DNA of 64,000 nucleotides from positions 1,947,817 through 2,011,816 of the forward strand of contig CAVNZM010000013.1 of the NCBI GenBank assembly GCA_963693365.1, read 5' to 3'. The DNA comes from Amoebidium appalachense (taxonomy: Eukaryota; Protista; Ichthyosporea). A program made the position numbers and the translations under genes. Of the stretch, positions 1-20,306 are shown in pieces. The notes under the pieces were generated by a model. The model was not told where the DNA came from. It searched no databases and saw only the letters and a list, made by a program, of their open reading frames with translations. How positions within the stretch are numbered: the first letter of the stretch is position 1; each line of letters starts with the position of its first letter.

Positions 1-7286
<7,286 letters not shown>

Positions 7287-9145
7287 GCCCCGTAGCAGGA
7301 GGATGGCAAAAAAAACTTTGGATAGGGAAGTTTTTATAGTGTTCATATGTTTGTATCCACAGAAGGTGATTGGGAATATACTCTACATATGGGTTTAAAC
7401 GAACAGGTACGTATAATATGAATGCAGTATTATATATCTAATTAAGACCCTAAAACAGGGAAAAGCATGCTTTGGTTTCGGGGGGGGTTTCCTGGTACCT
7501 AAGAAATTGTGTAGTATCATAACCATCCACGGAAGGTGAGTAGTAAAACCTTATGTATTTGCTTGTTGAAAATGAAAGGACCTGCATGTACATGTGTATG
7601 AATCTCTCGAGGTAGAAATTATTATAACGAATGTGTTGCAAAGACTGGCTAAAGAATGAACCTTTCGAGGTGAAAAGAACAAATCTGTGTTACAAGGCCT
7701 AGGGCAGACATGTGCTGTGAACATGTGTGCTATGTATATAGCGGGCAGCAATTCATCGCCCAGTCGCGACACCAAGCGTGACAAAGTTACTGTACCTTTG
7801 AGGCCAACAACTTGAAGTAGGGGCGGAGATCTCATTTTTAGACATCACTAACTAAATAAATATTGGCCGTAACAGAGAAATCCCGGATCCGGAGCAGAGC
7901 CGGAAAGTTGCATGCAGGCATGGCTATAGCTATAGCTGATTGAATTTCTTTTCGTGAAGGACTAAAGCGTGCACGTGGTGTGTTTATTTCAGTGATATGT
8001 GCATGCAATTGCATGTGGAGTCACTATGTGGAGTAATGCTGCAAGGAAGCTCGTGATTTTAAATTTACTATAGCTACTGTATCAGCGAATAACGATCCTC
8101 AGAGAGATTATATAATGATTATAACCCCCCCCCCCCCCCCCCAACACACACACACACACACACACCGCCCGAACGCCCCTCCGGCTGGGGCCGTATGACC
8201 CTTCCACGCGGCGGCAGCAGCAGCGCTACCTGGGGGGGCCAGGTAGGGGGATAAACAATCGCATGTCCATGGACCGTGTGGAAAAATTCGGTTGATTTTA
8301 TTGTGTCGACGCTTAAGCTTTATTTGTTTGTGTTTCTGGCTTGGAAACATCGTAACGGTTTTGGTCTGCGTTATCAAGGCAAGAATGCATACATTGTGTT
8401 CAGCATGGACGTATACATGGCGGCATCATTGACCCACCCGTAAAAACACAAGCACGAAAGATTGCGTGTAGTATCGTTGGAAAGCCTTCGAGAGGCATTT
8501 TTTTATTCAAACACATAGTAAGAGCGTGTGAAATATAAAGAGGGGTTTCACATGTGTGCGGATGGTTTCTTTTTTCCACAAGAGGTTCAGAAAGAGCATC
8601 AGCGGTTGAATTTTACATATCAAGCACAAAGACGGCTATAAATATATGGGACCACTGCTCGTTCAGCCCTGACAAATTCTACATGTACGTATATACATAC
8701 ACACCACACCAGTTACGCAAGTTCTTCTTAGACCCGGTGAGGTTACACTAGCCCGGCACCGACATAAGTTCTATAAGCTCTATATACAAACACACTACCC
8801 GTTTGCGAGCTCTCTCGGAGTCTAGTTTACAAAGATATGGCATACAAAAGACACGTAATCATAGATGACAGAAAGGCTTGTATAATGACTGACCCTTTAC
8901 AATGCGGCAATTCATAAAAAAATTTGTATTCGAGGGTGGAGAAAGTGCCACAGCATAGAAAATCCATTGCCCGAACACAATATGCATGAGGTGTTTTGAT
9001 TCACTAGATTTAATTTGTCACTTGTATGGTGTTCTGATTTCCGGAATCCTGGGGAACATTCCTATCATTCAAGATTAATTCTTTTTAAGAAACGAGGTAG
9101 AATCTATATGTGTGACTTCCAAATAAGGTTGGTGTTCTTGCCACG

Positions 9146-9322
9146 TTATTGGCTGGCAGCTGCCGCCTGTTGCTGCATCTGTCTCATGTGCACCTCCAAA
9201 GCCTCCCTTGCTCTGACGACCTTCGACTGGAGATAAAATGACCCCCCCGTGGCTTTTTCGTTCATCTTGTAAAGGTGCTCGTAGTGCTGTACATGCGTGT
9301 ACGTGTGTACGTGTGTGTGTGT

Positions 9323-9353
<31 letters not shown>

Positions 9354-9850
9354 GAGGGGTGTATGCGTGTGTATGTGTATGTATGAATGGGTGGGTGGGG
9401 TGGGTGGATGCATGTGAGCGAGCATGTAAGTGAATGAGGGAGTGAGGAAATATGTACTCGAAGTGCTGTGCGTGTAAGCTGTGTGTGTGTGTGTGTATGT
9501 GTTTGCGTGTGTGTGTACGTGCTGGGGTAGTGCTGTATGTGTGTCTTCTGTGTGTGTGTGTGTGTGTGCGTGTGTGAGTGTGTGTGTGCATCCCTGTGCG
9601 TGTGCACGTGTGCGTGTGTGCGTGTCTCTGTGCATGTGCATGTGTGCACAGTGTGTGTGTGTGTGCGTGCACAGGCATACACGGGTGCGCGTAGTTGTAT
9701 TGATGGGTGCATGTCTCACGTAATAACAAACCATGCACAATTTTACCCCAAAAGGGACAACTTTAAAGTGTACACGTGTGTACGCGTGAGAAAAAAACCC
9801 CAGTAATCCGTACCGCAATTTAAGACGTGCATCACTTAAACCTCAGCAAG

Positions 9851-9881
<31 letters not shown>

Positions 9882-10600
9882 ACCACCACCTTCTCCCTGA
9901 GTCAAATAAATGCACACCCAGTCAACTAGTATATACAAAGAAAGGCTCTACCCCCCTTCCCCCCCTTCCCCCCCCTCCCCCGGAGGCATACCCCTTTGTC
10001 CCATTTAACCTAACATACTGTTAATCAATGCATATGCTAATGGTTTCTCTCTTTCCCCTTCTTCGTCCAGGCCACCCACCGTTCCTCTCTCTCCCAACCT
10101 GCACACACAGTCTCTCTGCCTCCTGCTCCCCCCCCCCAACCCCCCTCCCAAACACACACACAACACACACATAACACACACATAACACACACATAACACA
10201 CACACAACACACACACAACACACACACAACACACACACAACACACACACAACACACACACAACACACACATAACACACACACGCACCCTCGCCTACAACC
10301 GAACACCACACCCCCATCCACCAAAAGCGCCCACAACACAACTTTAACGTGCATAGCCGATTGGCCCTCACCTTTAAAACCTTATCCCATGCCATATCTT
10401 CCGTCACGTTAAGAATCTGCCTGGCCTCGGCCAAAGCCATCCCGCCGTGCACAAAGTCCTTAGTGGCAGCACGGCTGGCGCCTGAAAAAAACAAAAGCCG
10501 GTATATTTGTAAGGGAAAAATGAGGTAAACAGAAACACGAAAACAATATAATACAAAAAAAAACAGGGGAAAAAAAAAAACGGAATTAGAAGGGGGGTGG

Positions 10601-10631
<31 letters not shown>

Positions 10632-11154
10632 AGGGGGTGATATATGACGTTCGTAGTTACAAGGCTTGCCAGGGGAGAACATATGTGAGGCATAGGAAAG
10701 GAGTGGAGAGCAAATGGTATGAGGCCGGGAGAGAGGCGGAGAAAGCGGGAGGGGGAATGAAGAAGGGGTTTGTGTGTGTGTGTGGGGGGGGGGGGGGGGG
10801 GGGGGGGGGGGGAATATTATGGGAAACACAATGCAGATTGCAAAGCACACATGCATCATAAGCAGGGCCTATCCTAAAGGCACGGGGCTCAAGAAAGGGG
10901 ATGCGGGTGGCGTTTTTTTATTATTATTATTACTTTTTTTTGTGGGGGGGGGGGGGGGGGGGGGGGGGCAACAGAATAGTGGGTTCATCTAAAGTGGTTG
11001 GTAGTGATTTTGATTCATAAATTGAAAAAATAATCGTGTGCATTTCTTCCGTTGTCCACAATACGGGCCGGAGGGGTGATACGGTGTTTTGGGGGGGGGG
11101 GGGGGGGGGGGGGGGAGACAAACCTGCAGCTGTTGCGCTAGCATGCTTGCCGGC

Positions 11155-11208
<54 letters not shown>

Positions 11209-11356
11209 ATGGTGTGTTTGTGTATGTGTGTTTATGGTGTGTGGGTGTAGGTGTGTGTGTGTGTGTGCGTGGTATGTGTGGGCGGATTGGTGTGTGAGTG
11301 TGAAAGTGAGAGTTCTCAGGGGAGGCGGGGGGGAGGCGGAGGGAGGGAAGGAAGGG

Positions 11357-11395
<39 letters not shown>

Positions 11396-12095
11396 GTGGG
11401 TAGAAACTGATGCAAAAATGGAGTAGCAGAGAGTGATAGGTTTTCGTGTGGTATGCAGGGCCTGAATGCCAAAGGAGACACCAGGGGGAGGGGAGAAGGG
11501 GGGAGAGGGGGAGGATAATGATGGAGGGAGAAAATGGGGGGATGGTGTGTGCGTGCATGTGTGTGTGTCTCTCTCTCTCTGTGTGTGTGTGGGGGGGGGG
11601 GGGGGGGGGAGGGGGAGAGGGGGGGGGGGGGGAGGTGTGTGTGTGTGTATCGGGGGGGGGGGGGGGGGGAGGGGGGAGGGGGAGAGAGAGAGGTTGGCTC
11701 TGGGTCACATAAGACCTACTGAGTATACCTGTCAAAAAGTAGGCACCCCCTTTCCTGAGACCAAAAAAAGGATTAAGCACGTGTAAGCATGATAGACACG
11801 TTACTGAGACGATTCAGAAGCTGACAAACCAAACTACACCAAACCAGTAGGGTGGCAGGTGGCATGGAGAATGTCCCGTGGCATAAAACTAGGCAGAGTA
11901 TGAAGTATATTGCATACCCTTGGGTAACTACCGTAACTTGTTTGATTTCTTTTCCCTTCAAAACTGTCTTCAAGTCTCTGTCCATCTCACTTCTTCTCTC
12001 TTCTTTTGGAAGGGGGAGGGGAGGGCGGTGTGTGTGTTGGGAAGGGGGGAGGGGGGAGGTGTGTGCCCGTGGGTGTTTGTGTGTGTGTGGGGAGC

Positions 12096-12126
<31 letters not shown>

Positions 12127-12647
12127 GCACATACTTGCAGCCGCCTGCCTGTAAGCATCCATAAAGGCACGGGTGACCACCTGTGTGCCGTAGATGAGCA
12201 CCTGCGCTGCTACTCGGGCTGCCTGGAGGGGAAAAAAAAGGGGGCGGGGGGAGGTGTGGGGGGGGTGGGGGGAGGCGGGAGGGGTTAGTTAACCGTCAGG
12301 TGAGATTAGAAGGCCCACACAAGGATAGGTGTGGGGATAGCCACGAGTGTCCCGGGGGAGGGGGGAGGGGGGACTGAAGAGGCGAGGGCGGGTTAGCAAG
12401 TATGTGTGTGTGTGGGGGGGGGGGGGGGGGGGGGGGGGGGAGGGGGAGTTGTGAGGGTGGGTGGGTGGGTGGGGATGGGGGGGGGCGAAGTCAGTACTTG
12501 TTAGAAGTAAGAAAGAAAGGACCGGGGGGAAGTGGTTGATAATAGATCATGAGGGGCAGCATGCAATCACAACAATATTGCAACTACGCTCCAGCCCAAA
12601 ATTCAGTGAACGCTGCTTCTTTTGTTTGTGCATAGCATACGTACCAT
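9146..12647 (-). CDS. PAM16: Mitochondrial import motor subunit Pam16/Tim16; exons 12647-12645 (ATG only), 12222-12135, 11156-11124, 10481-10372, 9286-9146
   Basis: [30 protein letters not shown].../[13 protein letters not shown]...[44 protein letters not shown] is diagnostic and phases are consistent. The ATG-only exon is the least certain part. Confidence 0.95.
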
Positions 12648-13289
12648 TTTCAGTTGAAACTAGGTCGGTTGAGGGGCTAAGCAAGTTTCCTAAAGGGACA
12701 AGAAATCTGAGCGATTGCAAATTATTGATGGTGATGTGTGTGGGCTTGTAAAGGCACAACGGTTTTAGAGGTTAGCAAGACAAAAGACAGGTGAACTGGA
12801 AACAGCGTGTATTGCTAACTAGACAAGGAAGCCGAGGGAAGTATTACTGCTAATAAATATACAGTGATCGGTGTCTAACATGAATTACTTCTCCCAATCT
12901 ACATAGACTCTCTTTTCTGCTCTTTGACAAAGCGAGAGCAGCGAATGCGGGCCGTGGCTCAGCTTTCCTCAAAACTGTCCAATCCCATTGCTCAACTGCA
13001 AACGAGGTTGAGGAAACCTGATATGTGCACTCTCCCATGGGTGTATACTTTGTAGCAAGAGAAATATCCATATAATATGAGAATATGATTAATCGTTTCT
13101 TATTTTACTTGTGCCGCTGAAATTCTCTATATGTAGGTCGTCAGAGCCATATTCTCATGGGTTCTGTTCGTCAGAGCCCTTCCCTTCAAAATATCTCGCA
13201 TAAATATACAACCGAGGGAGAAATCACGTGGTGGCGGCTGAGGCTTGGCCAAGCTGCGGCCGCTTGGACGAATGGAATGTTCAGAGCGG

Positions 13290-13375
13290 ATTCTGATTGG
13301 CTAAAGGTGCGTCGACTTCCGCGCCTTTTTCTCACATTGAACATTTTGATTGGTGCATAAAGTTGATTGGCTGAA
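13290..13375. promoter_or_regulatory. Cluster of three CCAAT boxes (GATTGG) upstream of PAM16
   Basis: CTGATTGGCT, TTGATTGGTG and TTGATTGGCT within about 80 bp. Confidence 0.55.
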
Positions 13376-13720
13376 ATAACACCAGCTCATGTGCTGGATA
13401 ATGTGAAATTCGAAAGAACAGGAAAGCTCCTTGGCCGTGCAAATTCGAAAGCTCTAAAACTAGGTTGGGGCTCATGAGTAAAGGACTTTTGCTCATGAAC
13501 AGTGATAACATTTATACCAAAGTACACTGTAGGAAAAAATGCTGCCAAATACCGTTACTATTCACAAAGTTCACATACTCGACTTTTCCAATCAAAATTT
13601 AGCGATTTCAACTCACGCTTCCGTACGAAGACCTGCTTTAGTCGTGCATGGGTTTGTCTTTGATCTAGGGTGAACTTCCATAGTCATTCCGACGGTTTTG
13701 TAGCAGAGTCAGCTCGCCTC

Positions 13721-14148
13721 CAGGGCTCTTATGGCTCAGCTGACGAGCCGCCAGCCAAGCCGGGTTTTGGTTCAGCCGGGCCGAGCCGGCATTTTGGCTG
13801 TCGGCTCGCTGGTGGGGGGGGGGTTAGGGAAGGTGAAGGAAAGGATACCCAATATCGGTCAAAATACCAATCAAAACTGTCCAATATCGGGATTCTTAAA
13901 ACTTGATCGTGTACATACCCTCTGGTTGTGAGAAGTAGCGTTATCGACAACTAGCGGCTAAATTAAACAACCAATGGTAGTGACAATATAAACTTGTAGT
14001 CCGATTTAAGACTTTTTGTACTTGCGCGTCGCTATTTAAAATATTTAAACATTAAATAGGACAATTGTAAAATTTTATAACCCAGCCGGCTGATTCAGCT
14101 GAGCCAGGCGGTATTTCCACTCAGCCGAGCCAAGCCAGCCGGGCCCTA
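13721..14148. mobile_element. Putative hAT-like MITE remnant
   Basis: Ends CAGGGCTC...GGGCCCTA, inverted subterminal GGCTCAGCTGA / TCAGCTGAGCC and many AGCC(G) motifs at both ends. No 8-bp TSD found. Confidence 0.45.
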
Positions 14149-14780
14149 GTCAAGACCTGGTCTGACACAGCCAAAACACTTTCAGCGAACACAAACGAAA
14201 TTTCGGAGAAATACAGAGAAAACACATAAACACACACAAACACACAAGAAAGTAAAACGTGTTCAGGCTACATACATACACATACGCCAACATGAGTTGC
14301 TTCATGGGCACGTTTGTGCTGTCAGCACGCAGGATGGAAGAGCTTGAAGCCGCCCCACCTGCCCACCTCCCCCTTTCGAGATTCTTTCACAGACAACATG
14401 ACGACAAACTATCATCCCCACAACAAAACGACACAGGTTATCCTTCTAGCCAGGTGCCACAAATGAAAGCGGCAAGCTTACCGGCGGAAACGGCGTCGCG
14501 GCACGTTTCGGTTCACTAACGCATCTTGTCTGCGAATGTTTTCAAAGTAATAGCTGTATAATGTTCGGTTAAAAGCACTCTTCGAGTCTTCGTTTGCACC
14601 CCAGGCAGCAGCTGATGAATCGTGTGCACTTTTGATTATTATAAGGGCTTTGTGTTTTGAATGCCCAATTGCCCAATTACGCGACGGTGCTTGGCTAAGA
14701 AATTGGCGTACTTAAAAGCGCATATACAGGTTCATTTCGAAGTTTTCCGCCAAGAACAAGTTACATCTAAGCCAATACAA

Positions 14781-15614
14781 CTACAACTCCTTCTTTCTTT
14801 GCCACAACGCCGTACACTCCTGCAACCTCAACTCCCCTTTCTTCCGTATTCCTTCTGCCACCCCCTTCCCCCAAAAAAACCTAGCAAGCATGAAGGCCTC
14901 ATCTACGCTCTCGAACAAGTAATCCGTGCGAAACCACTCCATACGAAACCAGTTTTCACGCAAGTAATCATGATACCACCCTCCCAAGCGGTTCGGTTCG
15001 GCTGTGCCTGTACCGAGAGTTTCAAGAAGGACGATGGATCCCCCCGGCTTGAGCACCCGGTCGATTTGTGCAAAAACCATGTCCATTTCCTTTTTCCAGT
15101 CGGGAGACGACCACATCTGTTGAGCGGGGGAAGGGGGGGGGGAGGGGATTTTTCGTTAGAGAACAAGTCAGGAAGCACGTTGTATTAGTCGAAGGTCACA
15201 CGAAGATTTCACGCTTTGTAGATTGTATATTGGCAAGTGTTTATGCACCTGGTTCTTCTCATTCAGGAGTTAAGCATTTTTGAGTGAGCGCTTATGGTTG
15301 TTTTACCGTAGGGAATGTTAAACAATAGAAGACCGTGAGGTCTGTGGTATATGCAAGGTGAAAAACAGTACTTGCGTGTGGCTAAAACATAACAATAAAA
15401 AAAACTGACGTTAGAGGTAAAGGAGGACCTGTTCTGCTCTGATGGTTACACAAGAAAGTGTAATTGACTTTGTTGTCTCGGGGACGGTGCAGGTTGTGCA
15501 CCAACGGGGGGTGTGAGCACGGGGCTGAGACTCTAAACACCGTTTGAAGCACGAATTGATGACACAAAGTATTGCAGAACTAAAGCACAAACTTTGCAGG
15601 CGACAAAAGTTGTG

Positions 15615-15669
<55 letters not shown>

Positions 15670-16559
15670 ATTGACCATGAAACTGGGGGGAGGGGGGTGA
15701 ATGAAGAGGTTGGAATGAGTCCTCAGACACAAGCACCAAGGCAATTCAAGTTTTGTATTAGCGCAGAAGAGGGGCGGGGCTGGGGGTGAGCCGGGGGGGG
15801 ATGGGGGGGAGACATGCCGTACACAACACCGGTTTAAAAGAAATTCCTAAGGACACAACATAGAAAGCTGCTTCACCAGAAACGAGAAAAATCACACTTA
15901 TATTAGCGCTTGAAAAGTGGGAGTGACGACATAAGACCCACCTCTGATTTGATGTATGATATGCACCAGCCAGCCACCACGGCGTCAAAAACGCCTTCAC
16001 CGAACCGCTCTCCCAAGGCCTCCCTCACATCCAGCACCTCAAATCTCACCCCGTCACTAATTCCTTCGTTCTCCAACTTATTCCTTGCAACCTTCAACAT
16101 CACCTCTGATGCATCTGTTACTACAACTTCTGCTACCAGAGGGAGAAGAATTTTCGATAGTTTCCCCGTGCCTGCTCCCAGCTCCAAAACCTTTGAATCC
16201 TTGTCGAAAATCCCTATTTTCAAGAGCGATTTTTCAATGTTTCCGTCGACATCTTGCCGTAATACCAACTGGTCGTAGTGATGCGGGTATTCATCATAAA
16301 TTATTTTGTGGGACACTTTGAATTCCACAGGTTCGCCCGGTGCTCTTACTCTCCCAGGGGGGCGGTAGCCCTTTGGCCTGTATTTCTTGTTTCGTCGTTC
16401 TTTCTCATCATTTCCTTGTGGAGCAGCATGGGTATCTCTACTTTCGCTTTCTTCGGAGGAAACTGTATTTTTGCTGGTGGGTGTGCCCAAACCTTCTTGT
16501 TCCCCTGTCGTAAATTCGCCTTGTTCACTGTCCATCCTTCGCTTCCTAGCACCAGACAT
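14781..16559 (-). CDS. Class I SAM-dependent methyltransferase; exons 16559-15942 and 15116-14781
   Basis: Motif I VLELGAGTGKL, FDAVVAGWCISY, RVLKPGGSIVLLETLGTG and RTDYLFES...ARFFWG; a phase-0 GT-AG intron joins the two ORFs. Confidence 0.9.
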
Positions 16560-16922
16560 AGTTAAAAAGAGTGGCTTCGATTAGCAGCATGCGCACTCAG
16601 GCGCATGAGGGATTGTACTTAGGACGAGTTTCAAAACTGAGTTGTGTCTGGGGGTTCCTGATGCCCCTTGAATAGTATGTGTACAGACGCAGGTGTGACA
16701 GGGAATAACATGGGACACTGGCGCTGTTGAGGTGAATTCAAGTAAAAACCTGTTGAATTCTAACAGACTCTGTGCTTGTTAGTAAGTGTATTCAAACACT
16801 TAGGGGTTTACGCTGTTTACTCGAGGCAAAGAGACACTGATTAAGTGTATTCAAAGAGGTGATGCATATGGTAAGATCTAGATAAGTCTACTTCGAATTC
16901 GAAAACGTGAACGAGCCGGAGC

Positions 16923-16963
16923 CAAGGCCTCCTAAATACCGAGTGCTATTACAGGAGGCCTTG
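16923..16963. mobile_element. 41-bp palindromic mini-element with 11-bp TIRs and flanking 8-bp direct repeats
   Basis: GCCGGAGC | CAAGGCCTCCT-N19-AGGAGGCCTTG | GCCGGAGC. Confidence 0.6.
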
Positions 16964-17465
16964 GCCGGAGCCCCATTGTGGTACGTACCAACGTGACCTA
17001 TACTTATTCTTATAATTTACAAGTGCTTACTTATACTTTTGGGAGAAATATATTGAACAAATCACATACCATGAATAGCCAAATATCAAGAAAGCATGTG
17101 TCTTGATACCACCGCTGCTGCTTTCTAGCAACGTTTGCGTAATTACAGTGATTCAAGGCTGCACGTCGAGCTCGAGATCAGCAGAGTCGTCGTGAGGGAA
17201 TGACATAATTACTCCTTTTTGATGCCCGCCTTTTCATAGTTTTTATATGAAAATTCAACCCGAAGAGAACACCTATATATATATATATACTCAGCTTGCT
17301 TCCTACCCCACTTCGCTCTTGTTCCGTTCGGCTCTTACGCCCTGGTGAACTTTAAATTTTTTAAGTACCTTTTGGGTCCAAAAACTCCGGCGAGGTGACA
17401 AGGTGTCGTCTTGCTTTCACTTTTTCACTCTTTTCTCTCCCTTCAACAATCTGTCAAAACTCACG

Positions 17466-18572
17466 ATGTTGTGTTCTCGGGCTCTTCGAAGGTGTACGGA
17501 GCGATTGCATGCTCCTGTGACCATACGAGGTCTTTCTGGCTCTCCACGTCTCCTTACAGAGTCTCGCACACATGAAACGCTTTCTAAAAACGGGGAAGAA
17601 ACGACCAGAAAAGACGTAAATGAAAATGAAAAAGCACAAAAAGCGACCACACAGCTACCCAAGCTACCAATTACACCCAGCACAAACATTCCCACGCGTA
17701 CAGCTATGGTGACGCCGGGAGGGATATACAAATTGGCAAAACAAAACGACACCGGCCCCCTCGCTTTCCAACTCAGTTCGATTTCTGGAAAGCACACATC
17801 ACTGGTTCTCACACGGTTGAAGATGGCGTTTGACCTGGGGTGCATCCTCACAAAATCAGTGGGCTGCAATACGGTTTTTTTCACACATGGCCATCTCGAT
17901 CATGTTTCGGGCATAGGGCGGCATCTTTGCGAGAGAGCCTTGTCTGGCGCAACACAACCAGTGACGTATGTGGTTCCGACGGTGTCAATGGCACGGGCCA
18001 TGAGGAAAATCATATCTGGTTTTTGCGAGATTTCGGACACGGAGCATCATGTGGATGTGAGGGTGCTTCGGGTGGGGGAGGAGTGGGTTAATCCCAGGAA
18101 TGGTGTCCGGGTCAGGGCATTCAACACAAAACATCGGGTTCTGAGCCAGGGATATGGTGTGTGGGCCCCGAATGAGGAGTGGTTGAGGGAGAATCCAAAA
18201 TCGGCGAAGTTTTCTTCTGGGTTGGTTGAAAAGGCAGGTGGGTGGGACAGGCCCCTGTTAGCGTATACGGGAGACACGACGATTGAAGCCGTCGACGAGA
18301 ATGAGGTGGTGAGGAATGCGCACACGCTGTTTTTGGAATGCACATACGTGGGTGATGAGGGGGGAAGCTCAGAGGAAAAAGCGAGGAAATGGGGCCACAT
18401 CCACTTGGATGAGATTGCTGAAAGGGCGGAATCGTTTAAGAATGACAAGATTTATTTGATGCATTTCTCGAACAGATACAATGCGGACAAGATACGGAGC
18501 GAAATCGACAAAACTCTGCCTTTGTATTTGAGGGAGAGAGTACAGCCGTGGATCTATGAACACCGGTGGTGA
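17466..18572 (+). CDS. Short-form tRNase Z (metallo-beta-lactamase fold), intronless, with probable N-terminal mitochondrial targeting peptide
   Basis: THGHLDH (HxHxDH), HRVLSQGY, AYTGDT, LECTY, GHIH and LMHFSNRY motifs. N-terminus MLCSRALRRC... is Arg/Ser/Leu-rich. Confidence 0.9.
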   Translation: MLCSRALRRCTERLHAPVTIRGLSGSPRLLTESRTHETLSKNGEETTRKDVNENEKAQKATTQLPKLPITPSTNIPTRTAMVTPGGIYKLAKQNDTGPLAFQLSSISGKHTSLVLTRLKMAFDLGCILTKSVGCNTVFFTHGHLDHVSGIGRHLCERALSGATQPVTYVVPTVSMARAMRKIISGFCEISDTEHHVDVRVLRVGEEWVNPRNGVRVRAFNTKHRVLSQGYGVWAPNEEWLRENPKSAKFSSGLVEKAGGWDRPLLAYTGDTTIEAVDENEVVRNAHTLFLECTYVGDEGGSSEEKARKWGHIHLDEIAERAESFKNDKIYLMHFSNRYNADKIRSEIDKTLPLYLRERVQPWIYEHRW

Positions 18573-18998
18573 AGGGCAGAATAATTTCTATTTATTACAC
18601 GGGAGATTGTGGGGGATGAGGGAGGCGTTCATGGAAGGAGAGAGAAGGAAATTGATTCTTTAGGAGAGACTCCCAAGCCACGTGTACTGATCCGAATGCA
18701 AATCTTATGTAGTGTTCGTGCACTATCGGTTCTTGACAATTAAAAAACTGGTGTGGGAAGACCAGTATACCACCCCTTTTTTTTGTGGAAACAAGGAAAG
18801 TTTGAATTTTGCCTGTGAAGCGGGTGTGTACAGTCGAGTTGATTTCCACGAGGAGAACCGGGGAACAGCGGATAGCCGAGGGGTGGGGAGTGGGGGGGAA
18901 AGGGGGGGAGGGGGGGGGGGGGGGGGGGGAGGGTTAGTTTTGTAGTCTTGAACATCTTTTACAGTTTGGTTGACCTTTGTAATGAATGCCAGCATCCT

Positions 18999-19247
18999 GG
19001 GCGGTGTACCCACATTTCTCAGTCAAAGGGTGCCACTGGCAATCGTTCAGTGCTCTTTGCTGTATTCCTCTTCCCCAATCCCCCTGTCACCCCCCTCCCC
19101 TTTGTGCACACGTATGCACAAAAACACACACAGGTGGTTACCAATCGTACCATGGGAGTGCATGCTTCCCTCTCAGTGCCCTCCCCCCCCCCCCCCCCTC
19201 CCCCCTTCCCCTTCCCCCCCCCCCCCCCCCCTCCCCCCCCTTCCCCT

Positions 19248-19282
<35 letters not shown>

Positions 19283-19612
19283 CCCCCCTTCCCCTTCCCC
19301 CCCCCCCCCCCATGGGCGGTGTACCCACATTTCTCAGCCAAAGGGTGCCACTGGCAATCGTTCAGTGCTCTTTGCTGTATTCCTCATCCCCAATCCCCCT
19401 GTCACCCCCCCTCCCCTTTGTGCACACGTATGCACAAAAAACACACACACGTGGTTACCAATCGTACCATGGGAGTGCATGCTTCCCTCTCAGTGCCCTC
19501 CCCCCCCCCCCGCCCCCGCGCCCCCTCCCCCCCTTCCCCTTCCCCCCCCCCCCCTCCCCCCCTTCCCCTTCCCCCCCCCCCCCCTCCCCCTCCCCCCTCC
19601 CCCCCTTCCCCT

Positions 19613-19640
<28 letters not shown>
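18999..19640 (+). repeat. Tandem duplication of a ~315-bp unit (about 185 bp unique sequence plus C-rich tail)
   Basis: GGGCGGTGTACCCACATTTCTCAG...GCTTCCCTCTCAGTGCCCTC occurs at about 18999 and 19314. Confidence 0.92.
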
Positions 19641-19649
<9 letters not shown>

Positions 19650-19653
19650 GGGG

Positions 19654-19685
<32 letters not shown>

Positions 19686-20242
19686 AAAAAAAGATCTCCA
19701 GGCGCAGATATGTGCCGGCGAACTCTCACACTATCTTAGGTAGAACACCTGCCCCGCGCACATCTCGTGCTTGAGATGTGAAATGTGTAAGGAAATATGA
19801 TAGTAGTCTTGAGTTTCTTTTGACGAGGTCACAAACATTGTACATGTTATGTTCCCTTGCATGCACACGTTTTGGCAAGGCTACATGCATTTTTGGGTGC
19901 CACGTATGTGCTCCCCACCTATTAATGCATAATGCCGATGCACAGGTTTGTGTGATTCGGCTGGCTGAGAGGGCGTGTCATAGTATGCACATATGTGCAC
20001 GGTACTGAGAGGCGCAGGGGGGTGGGGGGAGGGGGGAGGGGGAGGGGGGAGGGGGGAGGGGCCCGGAGCTCTAGTGAATGTGGTGGTGGTTGGGGGGGGG
20101 GAGGAGGTAATGGTATGAAGTTCGATCTAAGCTCGTGTTTGTAAAAACCTAAGCTATAACACACCAGGAACCGTTACGTGTATGGTTGTATAGGACGTCG
20201 GTGATCATGACAGTGTATATGTGTGTGTCTGTTTTTATGTAT

Positions 20243-20306
<64 letters not shown>

